Shown here piece after piece: positions 37,101 through 50,082 of a DNA stretch of 64,000 nucleotides. The DNA is from Raillietiella orientalis (Eukaryota). Every line of letters begins with the position of its first letter. Position 1 is the stretch's first letter. The notes below the pieces were generated by a model. The model searched no databases, was not told the DNA's origin, and saw only the letters and a list, made by a program, of their open reading frames with translations. The stretch lies in the NCBI GenBank assembly GCA_036172245.1, contig JAYWIR010000054.1, forward strand, positions 558,001 through 622,000, read 5' to 3'. A program made the position numbers and the translations under genes.

Positions 37101-40100
37101 ACGTGGGGATGCGACTGGGTCCTATACCGCTTCACAGGTCCATCAGTTCCAGCTTCCAGGATGCCTCAGAGGCTCGATCGTCGATGAACTTCCCACAGTA
37201 GTTCCTTCTTCGGTCCCACGTAAGGTTTTCTAAGAGACAAAGCTCCAGAGTTAGAAGAAGAAGAGTGAAAGTGGAAAACGACGGTCGAGAAGAACCTCTG
37301 TAGCCACTGACAGCGGCTCGCGACCACCGCCTGCCCCGCCCTCGAAACTGGTGCAGGCGCCTGGGAGATGACGGGTCTCAAATATCTTTCCGAGCGCGCC
37401 GAGCTGACGGCCTTTCTCTCGCCCTCTCATCTCGACTTGCTGTGACTCCGTTCCCCTCTCGTTCTCGAGCCCATCCCTGGCAGGGATAGGCGAAGTTTGT
37501 CAAGCTGCGTCTTCTCCCCCCATAAGATCCTTCCGTGACCGATTCACCTCTCCCGGGCCGCTCTCCAGGGCAACAGAGATGGAAGGGAGGAAGGCGAGGA
37601 GGAGCAACAGGCGAGAAGAGGAAGGTGGCTCCGGCCCACCCGAGCGGACCGCCTCCACAGTGCGGGAATTCTCCCTGATAGGTAGCAAAAGTCGGGATAC
37701 GCTGGCGTCCGCCCACGGGGATCACCCAGCGCCTCCTCCGCGAGAGAGAGCGCGTGCGCGTGCGCTCACCGATCTTCCTCAGGCGCTTATCCATCTTCCC
37801 TTCCTCTGGGATGGACACCGGCTTTTGCTGCCGTCACTGCTTTCGCCTTCTCGTTTCGTTGCCGACCTCTTTGGTTCTTCCGGTTTTATTCTTCCTGCGC
37901 TCTGATGACAGGCCCCAAACGCCCGGCGTGCCGCTTCTTTGATGCCCGTCCACCCCACCCACGCTCCTGACCGAGTCCGAAAGCTCCCTAGGAACATCCG
38001 GATGGCTGCGGGCCGGGAGAAGAAAGAAGACCCGCGGCTGAGCCCAGGAACAGGAGTGAGGATCCCGTTCGAAGTCCTCCCGGCTCCCTCTTCTCCCGAT
38101 GCCTCCGCGGCTCGTGGCTCCGTCGTACCCTGTCCTGGGCGCAAGGGAGACAGCGTCATTGCCGGCGAGCTCGCAGAAACCACAGGGAAAACAAAAACCT
38201 CGCGCATGCGCTCGTAGCCAAGCGTCCGCGGACGCGAAGCCGCGGCGAATGCTCGCGGCCACGTGCGATGCAGTCAGGAGCCGAAAACGCCCTCCTGCCG
38301 GGATGCCTGCAGCGAACCGAGCATCCTTCCGCTCTCCGATGCCGTGGCATCCTAGCAATGCACCCAACGAAAGGGATCCCATTGGTTTCCCTTGAGGCTC
38401 CACACTGAGTGCTCCATGGCAATTGGTCCACAATGAGCGACGATAGCAAAGTGCTCCTTGTCAAAGTATCTCGACAAAATGCTCACTTCAGTGTACCGTG
38501 AAGACGCGCTCATTTCAGGGAACCCACGGCAAGGTGCTTGCTGCAGGGTACGATGAGGAAGCACTCACCTCAGGGAACCCATGGCAACGTGCTTGCTGCA
38601 GGGTACCATGGCAATGAGAACGCGAGCAGTGTAATGCCAACGCATCTGTGGCGAGCTTCCAGAATGGTGGGGTGGCGATAATCGGCGGGTTTGCGTCGCA
38701 GACTGTAAGGCAGACGTCCGCCCAGCCTCGGCGGTTTCCTTCCTCCCAGAATGGTGGGGCGAGGGTGGAGAGCCAAGAAGGCGAGCCACGTGAGGCGGCG
38801 CACACTCGGGTGTCCGCTGCGCCCAGATGGATGGCTTCTTTGTCACGGGAGCAGCTCAGGGAATTGGGTTCCAACAGAGACGGCTGCTGCAGCATCAGGA
38901 GCAGTTCTCGTTTAGTGCTCGGGAGGATGTGAGCACGCTTCTTCCGCTGCAAGAAGCGGCGCGGTTCGGTAGGGCGTCAAAGGGGAGGGGGTGAAGAGAA
39001 CAGTGGGAAGGTAGCCGAGGGCTCTTCATGCTGCCTCACTTCTACTTCTGCCTCCTCACGTGCCTGTTCGATGTGTGTTGCAGGTGTGGTTCCAGAACAG
39101 AAGAGCCAAATGCCGCAAGCATGAGATGCAGGTTCAGAAAGGTAACATCCTCCGCCTCCTCTTCTGCTTGTTTGCTTGTCTTGTCTGTGCCCCCTGACGG
39201 GAAGCAGATCGCAAGCGGGACGGGGTGGGTCCGCTGAGGTAGCGCCGAGGGAATCGGCGCCAAACGCAAGAAAAAACGAAATCCCTTGTCGCGTGCGCAT
39301 GACTCTGATGGGGAGGAGATGGAACAGAGTGGGTGGGTCGACGGAAAGGGTGAACGCGCGCATGGCGCCCTTGCATCCCGTCTCTGCTCTGCCCTGACCC
39401 CTCTGAAGACCCTGCAAGAGCGCTCGAAACGTTTGGCGCTGTTTGCTTTTTCCAGAAGCCGCCATGCATCACAAATCCACCGTCTCCCTCTCCAGGGAAG
39501 GTGCCTACCCATATCTCAACCCTGCCTCCAGCAAGGACTTCCCGGCTTACGACCCCTGGCATTCCTACTTCCCTTACGTCTACGATCCGATGCTGGCCGC
39601 GAGGCAGGTAAGGAGAAGAGGTCCACGCCGAGTGTTTCTTCCGGCCCCGGGGGAAGGTCCTCCTTGGAAGAACGAGCTGGTCGAGACCATCCAGAGGACC
39701 ATCTCCCTGACACCTCATTTGACCTTCCTCCTCAATCTTCGGCCTCTCTCGTTGCGAGGAAGCCTTTGCGGGACATTCGGTCTCTGTAGGTCTTCCTCCC
39801 CTCCTGGTCCGCACGGCAGCGAGACGAGCCTGGACTTTCGATCCTCCGTAGAGATGGGAGGGGACCTCGACGTGGATTGACTTTGAGGGGCTGGGAGACA
39901 GGGAGAGGCTCGGGTCTGGGAGGGTCAAGGAGAAAGGACGAAGACGAAGCTGGGGTTTCCTGGGAGCTGTCGACTACCGCCGGGAGCCTCGAGGAAGTTC
40001 CACCGACTTGAAACAGAAATCTCCCGAGGAACGCAGCTTCCTTGCACTCAGGCTCGAGCGGGGAAACTCCGGGATGGGTGGGATGCCACGACCTTTCCAG

Positions 40101-43100
40101 TGAGACTGCGTGAGCGCTCTCTGGAGAAAGGCTCCAGGGCTATCCAGCTAGCATGCCGAGGGGCACCCTTGTCCGTCGAATGGGGCCGATGGTAGGGATG
40201 GACGCAGCTTTGTCTCATGTTTACAGGATCGGGACCGATGCTATCCGCGTCTTTGGTTAGAGTCGGGGTGTGGGTGGGAGGCGAGGGGTGAGGTCACGTG
40301 GGTGCGTGTGATGGGGATGGCTCCCGACCAGGTGCGCATGCGAACTAGACTCTAGTTGACCTCTTCACTCACGTGAGACGCGATCCCCGCCACCACCCAA
40401 TCGAGCAGCCTCCCAAGCTCGTCGTGCTCGTGCAAGCTTTGCAAGCGAGCACGCGCCCCTGAAACAAACATCGCTTCCCACCGTGCTCCTGGCTTCGTCA
40501 CCAGCTCCTCGTATCGAGATCCCCGCAGGTGCACGCACATGTAGAGAATTACTGCCGTATTACGCAGCGCTTGCACGAGGGGGCAGATGAATGCTAGCTC
40601 GTAGGCGCTAGGCCTCCTCAATCACCGAATCACCACCTACGGATGCTTCCCAAGCCACATCGGAAAGAACCTCAAGCCACCCACTCTCGGCAGCTCATGT
40701 GGTCACGGTATGTCGTTCCCAGGGATGCCGCCACCAGCGAAGCGGCAACAAACGAATCCTAGGCAACCGCCTTGCCAGCCTCCCTCCAGTACCACAGGCT
40801 CATGAAGCGATCCTCCCTACATTGCCGTCTGCCGTATTCTTGCGTTCTCATGTACGTACATTCCAGGATCCACCATCACCTTCCGAGTTCATTCGCGACT
40901 CGCAGCAAATGCGAGCGATAAGATGGTGATTTTTAGCCATTCCATAGTACTCAATTAGGCGCAGACGTGTCATCAAGTGATGCAGATGCGCCATTTCTGC
41001 TGAAATTGTTATCAGCATATCGCGGCAGTGGATGCGATGAGGCGGAGTGGTGGTAAAGAGGGGAGGGTGAAGGGTTCGAATGGAGAGAAAACGGAGTTTG
41101 TCGTGGCCGTTTTGTTACTGAATGGTCGGTGGTGGTGGTAGGTGATTGTCATGCTGAAAGGCAGATTAGGATGGTGAAACGAAAAAAGGAGCCATTATGT
41201 GGGCATTAAATGGGAAAATGAATGGACCGACTTCAGGATTTGATGCGGCAATTATAACTTGACAAGTCATTGGCATTTTTTTTTCAACTAAAATTCCAGT
41301 GGTTCGTTAGGGTGATGAAGTCGTGGGGGTTGATGGAGTTGAATCTGGATGGGGCGTGACTCTGCGATTGATGCCACGGATTTCGGGGCATTGGTCGGAT
41401 TGAATTCCTGGTTGTTCCAGGATGAATGGTTGTTACGGGGGCAGCATCAACTGTGGTTCCTAGGTCGCGTGGATACTTCACGAGCGGGGAGAGCATCCGA
41501 GGATGTTGCTTAACACCTGATTATGTATTTTTCGTGCACTGCGGCGCGCTTTAGGTTGAATTGCTTGTTCGTTATCTAATGAAATACATTTACACCTGAT
41601 ATAAAATATAATATTCATAATATCTCTGCGGAACAGTTGAGAACACGCCTTAATTTATGGACACGTATGGATGCTCAGAGTATTCGTGAGCACCTTGCAG
41701 CAATTTAGTGAGGTTGATGGAAAATATTTTAAAAAAAAAATGCAACTGATCAAAACCGCAACCACTTACATTCTCACGACAGCCAGCCCCATACGTCATT
41801 CCACCGTCCTTGACGTATGCGAAACCACGGCGGAACTGTTACCACCTCTCCCGAAAGAAACTCTTCTGTGCAGCAGAGTGATCCCGTCAGAGCGTTGGCG
41901 AGTCCGCGGACCCCCCAGGGAATCAACCAACTGCATCCAGCGATCGGACGCGCATCATCTACGTGAGAAGAACAGCGCGCCCATCAAAAGCAAGGCTATC
42001 ACTGCTTTCACAGGGAATTGGGAGATCACCGTGGAGATCTCCCTACTTGGAAGAATAGGTTTCGGAAAAGGAAAAAAAAACGCCTCCTTCCTGATTGGGA
42101 TCGCGGTGACTCCCTGATCGAGGCCGTCGCCACGAGGCCACGAGAGCATCTTTGCTGCAGGCTGCATCCTTTTGGGGGGGAAACTCTGCTCCTCGGAGCC
42201 AGGCCAGACGCCGTGACCTGTGGCCCTTCAGCTGTCCACGCGAGAAGACGGTTGCGCGTTCCTCGATGCATCCTTCGATGGCCGGCACCCTCGCCCACAA
42301 CAGCGGGCCGGTGCCCTTCTCCGCTTCCGAGATCGTCTCGAGATCTCTGGCCTTCGTCCACAGCGGTGGACATTTCTCGCATGGAAGCATGAAAGGTACC
42401 CCGCTCGACCTTTCATGCTTCACCAGAGTAGTTATGGCCTTCCGGTCCTGTTTTCTCACACCCTCGGCACTGTCGGTTCGGCCAGCCCCCTACGGCCAAG
42501 GAATCCAGAGATTCCCACGGTGTACGCCGGCGCGTGACCCCTGACGGCATCCAGTAATGTCCCTTGTTGAGTCTTGGCGCGTTTCCTCGACCGGGTCGCT
42601 CTCGGAAACGCATTGCTGCGCGGTGTAGGAACCTTCCGAGCAGCCCCAGCGGCCTCCGTGCAGCCTCGCAACCAGGGCACGTTCCTCTCCGAGAATTCCA
42701 GGGGCTTTGCCAAGGCGGATTCCCCCGACCCCCGTTGGGATTCCGGGCTTCACGCGATTCCTGGAACTGGTGCGTTTTCCCCGGGACTCCTCGCCATTCG
42801 CTTCCGACGGGGGATTTCGCGTGCCTTGAATTGCCGCGCGAAACGTCCGACTCGCCGGCGCTCGGCTTCGTTGCGGACTGCCCGTCCACTCGTGATGCAG
42901 ACGTTCGGAGGCGACTTTTCGTCACGCCGAGTTCTGATTGGCTCTCGCCGCGGGGCGCTTCGAGCACCGGAAAGCGGCTATTGGCCACGTGGCGTCGGTC
43001 CCCTCGGCTGCCACACTCCTGCTGGAAGCAGCTTCTCCGGGAGCTCGCAAGGGGTGCGCCGCGTTCGCACGGTTCGAGTGGGAGGCATTCCAGTGAGGAG

Positions 43101-45427
43101 CTTGAAGAGCAGCAAAGAACCAGTCTTTCGTGGCGAAAGACGTCGAAGCACCCGCTGCATCTGAGGTCGGCCCCCCTCAGCTGCAACGGCAGCCTTCCCT
43201 CCGTGAAGCATGCGAACTGAGGTGTCAGAAGAGCAGCGACCCTGAGCGAGCAGAAAGGGAAGAAAGGAAAGGCTTCCTGGAGGGCGCTCCAGCCGCCGGT
43301 CACCTCTTCCCGCCTGAAAAAGAGCAGGACTTCCTTCGCAAGTGGTTTCCATACATGACGAATGCATCAAGGCTCTGAAGCAACAGGCTGCCAGGAGGAT
43401 AGCCGGGGAGTCTGCTGATGGAATTCCTTGCGTTCTCATGTACATTGCGAGTTTCAGAATCTCGCTACGTGCATGAGAACTGAGAATGCATCGCTATAGT
43501 ATGAGGGGAGTCGTTTCGTGTTCCTATGGTCGTGGCGGGAGAAGGCAGGCGGTTGCCAAGGATTCGTTTGCTGTTGCTTAGCGCGCGGAGGAATCGTTGG
43601 GAACCGAACTTGCAGAGAGAAGCGAACCTTCTCTTACCTATTCCTGCTTGGTGAAGGGGCGTCCCCGGGCAAAGTGCTCTCTCAGATGGGAGGAAAATGG
43701 TACAGGCTCGTGCTCTTCCTCTTCTCCCCGTGCCCTCAGTGGAGCGCGCGTGGGAGGGAGGGAGTTTCCGAAGTGGTGGAGTTTCCCGCTGTCCGCTGGA
43801 GGCGTTCTTCGGCTGGGACCTTCCCCCGGAAAACAAAAGGTCAAAAGCCCTTTGAGATCATCTGCCTCCGGAACGCACCGCAGGCTCTCTTCCTGCCTCC
43901 TCCTCTTCATCCTCTTCCTTCTCCTCCTCCTGTGTGGAACCGAGCCAGTTTTTGCCCGGCACAGAGAGCAGCGTTTCTCCACCCCCCCGCGCGCCAGGAG
44001 ATGACGAATCTGAAGATGTGCGCCCCGGGATAAATGGCCAACCTCAGATGGAATGGCACTTCACATAAGATTTCAGATTGACGATGCATAACTTATTATG
44101 ATGTGTGAAATTTTATGTATGATCATACACGATTACGCAGTGTGAAAATTTTATATAATTTAATGCATTTACTTTTTCGTAGAGGGTTGTGTATGTCTCG
44201 CATTACTCGTGAGCGCGTATCAATTATTTATGTACACACACGTACGTGCTCGCGGTGAATTCCATGCAGGTGCGCATCTAATCATAAATGTACGCATGCA
44301 CGTCCGTGTACGCATGTGCACGCAGATGCACACACATGCACACAATTCAAGTCACACACACGTGTACGTAATTATGCATACGTGCGCGTAGACGCAAGTC
44401 TGTGCACATGAGAGTATGTGTGCATTTATGTACATGAACCTTTGTGCATTAACGATACTGTGTGCTCACTTGCACGCAGGTGTACAAGTGCAAGTACATG
44501 TATACGTTTGCATGCTTAAATCTATGTACGTGTATACATGCGTATATGTGTGTGTGAGTGTATGTATATATGCGCACAGGAACATACATGTGTACACATG
44601 CACATTTTGTATACACATCTTCATGTGGCACGTGTACTCACACATGCATATGTATGTGCGTGAGTGCGCATTGTACATGCACACAGATACATGCATGTAT
44701 GATGCACATGCACACGTGTATGTGATTGATGTGCACTTGCACACAGATGCACACATTCATGTATATGTATAAGTGTACGGGCAAAAACTCAGTTGTACGA
44801 ATGTGTGCATCCATGTACTTATGCAGGTGTACAGACGCTCATGTACATACTGCGTACTTTCATTTGCACACATATGTGTGTGTGCATATGTGTATATTAG
44901 CGGCGAGTACGCGTAAGTGTTCACTCGCACACTTGCATACATGTGTGCACGTATGCATCGAACACTATACGTATGTGCACGGATATAAATGTACGCGCGC
45001 ACAACCGCATCCACATGCATACATGCGATTCTCATTTGCATGTATACATGCAGGCGTGCACATGTGTAGTGTGTGCATGCATGTGTGCAGTCATTGAGCG
45101 GAACCCGGGCTGGCCGACTAGCCCCGCCGGGGAGTGGAGGCCCAGCCCCGAATGTCCAGCGCCTGGAAACGACATCAGCGCAACCACTTCCAGTATGCGA
45201 TAGCTGCAACGGTCCTGAGGATGCGGCCCGTGGTCCACCCGGCGAGCACTGTCGTGTGCCCCTCACCCTTGCCTCACTGCTTCAGTGCAGGTGCCCTTTC
45301 CACTGCGGAGCTGGACATCCTGAAGAGGAAGAACAGCAGCGTTGCTGGCCTGCACGACAGGAGCAAGAAGCAGGCGACGAAGGCCGCGGCGACAGCGACG
45401 ACGACAGCAGCGGTCTTGGAATTGTAG
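34199..45427 (+). CDS. Shox: Shox-family (short stature homeobox) paired-like homeodomain transcription factor. Coding exons 34199-34405, 39084-39141, 39456-39607, 45194-45427; a further 5' exon may exist but was not found
   Basis: Spliced homeodomain [61 protein letters not shown] is nearly identical to the SHOX/SHOX2 homeodomain. All introns are GT-AG with consistent phases (0,1,0), including the typical Q|V homeobox intron and a 58-nt exon. The last exon encodes OAR-like [16 protein letters not shown] and ends at TAG 45425-45427. Confidence 0.92.
34500..35470 (-). mobile_element. tRNA-headed L1/Tx1-like derivative inside the first observed Shox intron (antisense)
   Basis: B-box at 35412-35401 and shared body 35070-35340. 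A downstream remnant [15 protein letters not shown] resembles the zf-RVT finger. Confidence 0.6.
36335..36345. promoter_or_regulatory. P3-type paired-class homeodomain dimer site TAATGCGATTA in a Shox intron
   Basis: Matches TAATNNNATTA and sits in a TAAT/ATTA-rich, apparently non-repeat island at ~36150-36470. Function not shown. Confidence 0.35.
38508..38610. repeat. Two-copy tandem repeat, period 55 nt
   Basis: TCAGGGAACCCA(C/T)GGCAA(G/C)GTGCTTGCTGCAGGGTAC starts at 38515 and at 38570. Confidence 0.85.
44190..45090. repeat. Cryptic alternating purine-pyrimidine (CA/TG/TA/CG) low-complexity tract
   Basis: About 900 bp dominated by TACA, TGCA, CACA, TGTG and TACG words. Confidence 0.9.
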
Positions 45428-47334
45428 GCGGCCTCGCGCCGAGACACACGGTGAGCCGGGAGAGGGCTGAGTAGGTTAGGCCTCCTGGGGCCACGCCTCC
45501 TGGAGCGTGAGTGAAGGGCGAACTTTCCGTTGCAGCTCTGGATACCGGTAGAGGGGCTCGTGGACACGGCGAAGGGAGCTTCTGCCCAACGAAATTCCCC
45601 CTTCTATGCGGTCTTCTTATCCACGGAGGATCATCGATCAGTTTGCAGTCAGGGGGGGAAGGAGGGAGGGGGACATCTGACTGGGCGCAACATGAGAATA
45701 AAATCTTATTTTTGTGTGTCTTCCTCTTATGCGAGGTGTGGTTTCTCATCCTCAGATGCAAGAGCGTTCCACGCTGGGGCCTGACGGCATTTGATTCCTT
45801 CCAGCCTGTCTGATTTTTTTTTTTTAAAAAAGAAGGGGGGATGAGGGGAGGAGGCGCAATGCAGCGTTTACTCATTTCAAAGAGGATCCGTGGGCAACTC
45901 CCATCCTTATCGGTTGGATCCCTCCTCGGTTTCGAGACTTGGTCTCAAACCTCCGACCGAATTCAAGTTCCTTCTTTGGTCTTCGATTGGACAGACCGGA
46001 GGAAAGCATTGCTTCAAAGAAGCGAGGAAACCCATGTACCCTGAATCATGGAAGAGACAGCGAACTGAGCAAGCACTTCTTCAATGGTCACCGTTTTGCA
46101 TTCACTGTAATTATATAGTTGAGACGGTGGTATCCCTGCTGTGGAGCGGATCCCTCCCATTTCCTTCGCGTAATCTGCATGCTTTTGCCCGGACGTGGTA
46201 CGCAACAATACTACGTCAGCGGCGGCGCGGCTGTAGCAGCGCAAGCGTTTCGCATGGTTGCCCCTGTTTCCTGGAGTTGCCGCCTCGCTGGTCTATGCTG
46301 TGAATCACACAAGACTTGAAGCAGCCGGATATTCCTTCCTCCTGATGTTAATTGAAATGATCGAGTGAAGCGTTCCACCATGTTTCTGTGTACAACAGGT
46401 TTTGCCGGCGGAGCAGGTTGCGTCTTCACAAAGCATATTTTACGTTTGCAGTCAAGCAGATCATAAGTATTGCTCTTCCCCGTGAAACATGGAGACCCTT
46501 GAATATCTAAATATCGTCAAGTTCATCGATTGACCACTCACGGAGGGAACAAATTTCAACCGAATCGTGCATTCGAAGTTCCGTTTTTTCATTCCGCCCC
46601 CCTGATCTTTTTCTCGAATGCAGTGTTTTGAAATGTGGGTTCTAATTTGCTTACCAGTTCGACAGTGCAGATCCAGTTCCGACTGCCCTTCATGAAATGA
46701 GTGAATGGTGATTTTGTGAAGCAATTTCACAGGGTGTGGTGCGTCCCCACAACAGCGAGAAGCCTCTGCATTGTGGCCACAGAATCTGGAGTTGGTCTAA
46801 GAGTGCATCATTCCGTTCTGTTCGGAGGCGAATGTGCAACTGATAGGGTCTTAGTTGTGTGTAGCACCAAAAACAGGTGGTGTGGAAGAATCTCTCCTGG
46901 CTGAAATTATGTACTACTCAAATCCACCTCACCGAAGTCCTTCAGTGTTAAGAAAAATGCATGTTTTACCTTTAAATTTGGGAAATTTTTGTGTTCTGTT
47001 TTTAAAAAAGTGCTTCCTGCCTATTTTTTGACGAAAGGATTTTCCATGTGTCGCCTTCCAAGAAGTATGCTTCCTGTACAAATGAGACATGCCCGACTCC
47101 TGCCATGTACAGAGGCAATAATGATGCCAGTAACTCCTGTTTAATTAGTATCGTGGACCATGTCATCCCACTTCCGAAGTTGCACACAAGAAGCATACAG
47201 AACAGACAACAGCAAAGCATTTCGAAAAAAACAAAAACAAAAAAAAAGCAGATTTTTCATTCACGAAGGCATTCTGAAAAGCAGTCGGTTTTTGAATTTT
47301 CGACATGCAGATCCTTCTCCCCCATCCACCCAAC

Positions 47335-47342
<8 letters not shown>

Positions 47343-47381
<39 letters not shown>
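47343..47381. repeat. (CA)n microsatellite
   Basis: About 19 perfect CA units. Confidence 0.95.
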
Positions 47382-47384
<3 letters not shown>

Positions 47385-50082
47385 CAAAGTACCAAAGTCC
47401 TCAAACTTCTAGGACTGGCTGCATAATTGTACATGCAAGATGGCTTCGCACCTTTGCTGATTTGTTCGAAACAGCCTCTTCTGCATGATATGCGGTTTTC
47501 TTTTCCGAAGGTCTAATCAGCTCTGGAAACTCGCAGTATCTCCGGAAGCAGGATGCTGTGAGTTTCCCTTGTCCAGCTGCCTATTAGGCTCCCGTGTTAG
47601 TGTATCGGTGCTGCTTCTATTGCTGGTTCAGCAGTAGGGGTAGGGAATGTTCACACGGATATGAGAAATACGGAATAGAGATCGGCAAGAAGTGTATTGG
47701 ACAAGACTCATTATACGGAAGACCGTGCAGGAAGGTGAGCCATCTACTCGATACCAAAGCCCGCCTGACGAGAATTTCTCAAAATTGAGCGTTAGGAAGA
47801 GGTAGACAGTTTGGCCAGCAGCGGCAAATTCCGTTCCACATTGCATCTCTACGGCAGAAAAAATCTACACTGCTTGTTGTCGTCTGGGACGAGAACAAAC
47901 TTTTTTACTCTAAAGGCAGTGGATCCTTTTACTGTTGCTTTGCCGTTTTGCTGGATGGTCACGATAGCATGGATGAGGTTTCATCCTCGACGATAATGTA
48001 GGAGGTAGGTGTCACACGCACTCTTCTGCAAGCTTCTGGAATGCAGGTTTCTTGTCCCTCTTGATTTGGCCAGGATGTCAAGACAGGGGTCAGGAGGTTC
48101 CGCTTATGTTGAACTCTTCTATTGACATCGAAAAGCAATGCGGGCAACGTATTTTACTTGGTGCACGCGAGCACTGTCCTCAGCCATGTGAACCCGGGGT
48201 AATGGAGAGAGCTATCTGATCTGGCATGTTCTTCAGCCTCCTCTCTTCCACTGTACCGCTCAGAATTACGCGACGATGAAAACTCTGTATCCTGATATCC
48301 TTGCCGTAACCGGTGGTGACGTCTGAATTAGATCCAGCGAACATTTGAATAGTTGCTGGATTTAGATTCTTTGTCCCTTACATCTCGTAGGTCAACTGAA
48401 TGTGACGGTGATGCGCGGTCATAAACAAGCATGGTGATGACTTCGTCTATCCTCGTCGGAACAGACTTATCAAAATGTACACCCATAGACACGAAAGTTG
48501 TGTCCATTTACTGTTTCTATCCCGGAATTCCCTGCGCATAATTAATCCATGTTCTTTAGAACCGGTGCCTCGAAATCAAAAAAGGTTTGGGTGGTCAACT
48601 TGAAAAATTTTGATCATTACAGTGAACATACGTGCTTAAAGCTGGAACGTGCCTATATAGTAGATTGATTGGTTATGTACTTACTTGAATATAAAATAGA
48701 AAAACCTTTCTACGGCTCCAAAACTAAGATTGTGAGAGATAGCAACTGTTTGATGAGAAAGGAGAATAATGATACTTTTGTTTGTCGATTTTCGTTAAAT
48801 CAGCAAAATAGAGATAAAGAAAAATCAGATCGATCAATCGCAGAAGAACTAACAGAAAAGGAAAGACCAGCCCGTCTAAGTAAAGTGAAGACACAAACAG
48901 GAAAAAGCGATAATGAAGAGCGTGCCCTTCACCATCGTTTTAGAGGTCAGTGCCTCAAGACTGGGGAGCATTCCGTATGATATCGTGAGGCAGTCCTAGT
49001 AAATCAAGGAAGCAAAACATAAGATCATAATGATAGATTTCAAAGACGGAAAGCAGAGCTTCATTATGTGGAACTGACCTGGTTCCACGTTGTTGTTAAT
49101 TGTCAACCGTAAAGCAGTCGGCATTCCGAAGCCACAGTCAAAAATGGATAGTATACGAAGCTAAGAAAGATTCAAGTAGACGTAATAGTGAGCATCTGCT
49201 CAGAATCGATTGTGACAGTTCCTTGTTGCTTGAGTAAAAAATGGCGAACACAAAAACTGACTGAAAGTGTATTAGTGATTAATGACGCCGTTATTTCTGT
49301 ACCCGCACCCTGGAGAAGCGAGGTGGCGTTCTTGCCCTCCGAGCTCGGTACTACGTAACGAATCTCGAAATTTGTCGAGAATGAGTCAGTAACCCCACAC
49401 AATCTTCTAGACAGTAAATAGGGTGCGTGCATCATGGGGTCGGGAGTTCGAACTGCGAGTCCCTCACGTTGAGGGACGACGGTATGCACCCGGCAGGCTT
49501 TTTTTCTTTTTTTTCCTGCTAGGCGAGGGGCACCACGGCTGCAACACTCCTTTTAACCTTCAGAGTTGATCATCCGCTGCCGAGGTCAAGCGGTTGCTGT
49601 GCCTGCTTGCGGCCCCGGCAACAAGAAGCTTGGAGCTCTCCACTCGATGATGCTGGGCTGTAGCTCCAGCGGTGCATCCAGGCCAAGATAACGTTTCGAG
49701 CGCGAGCTTGCCACGTGCTTTCTGCCTTCTGTGCTCCTCTTGTAAGTCGTCGGCAGTTTCCAAATGCCCCATGGCAAGCCGTGGCCGGCATCCGTATTTC
49801 GGTGATGTTGCTGGTGTTGAGTGTTCACGTGTTGGGTGTGTGGATAATTTTTGCAATATGGGATGTTTGGCACCCCTTCCCCTTTTTCCTTTCTCTCTCT
49901 CTCTCTCTCCCCCCCCCCCCCCCATCCGTTGTACACTTGTGCATTTTGCAGAGTACGACAGTGCATGTAGCAGGGAAATGAACTCCACGTGATCCACACC
50001 ACTGCGTAGGTGAGGGTGTCGGAGTTGATGAAATTCGGCCAGTTTGGAAGAGGTTGAGTGGTTCACCCGTCTGCCCTTCAAA

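Noticed and set aside
38508..38760. CRISPR-like repeat-spacer pattern
   Set aside because: Only two copies of each repeat, a eukaryotic intron context and no cas genes.
44209..45266. Cys/His/Val/Tyr/Met-rich ORFs
   Set aside because: Translation artefacts of the alternating purine-pyrimidine tract.
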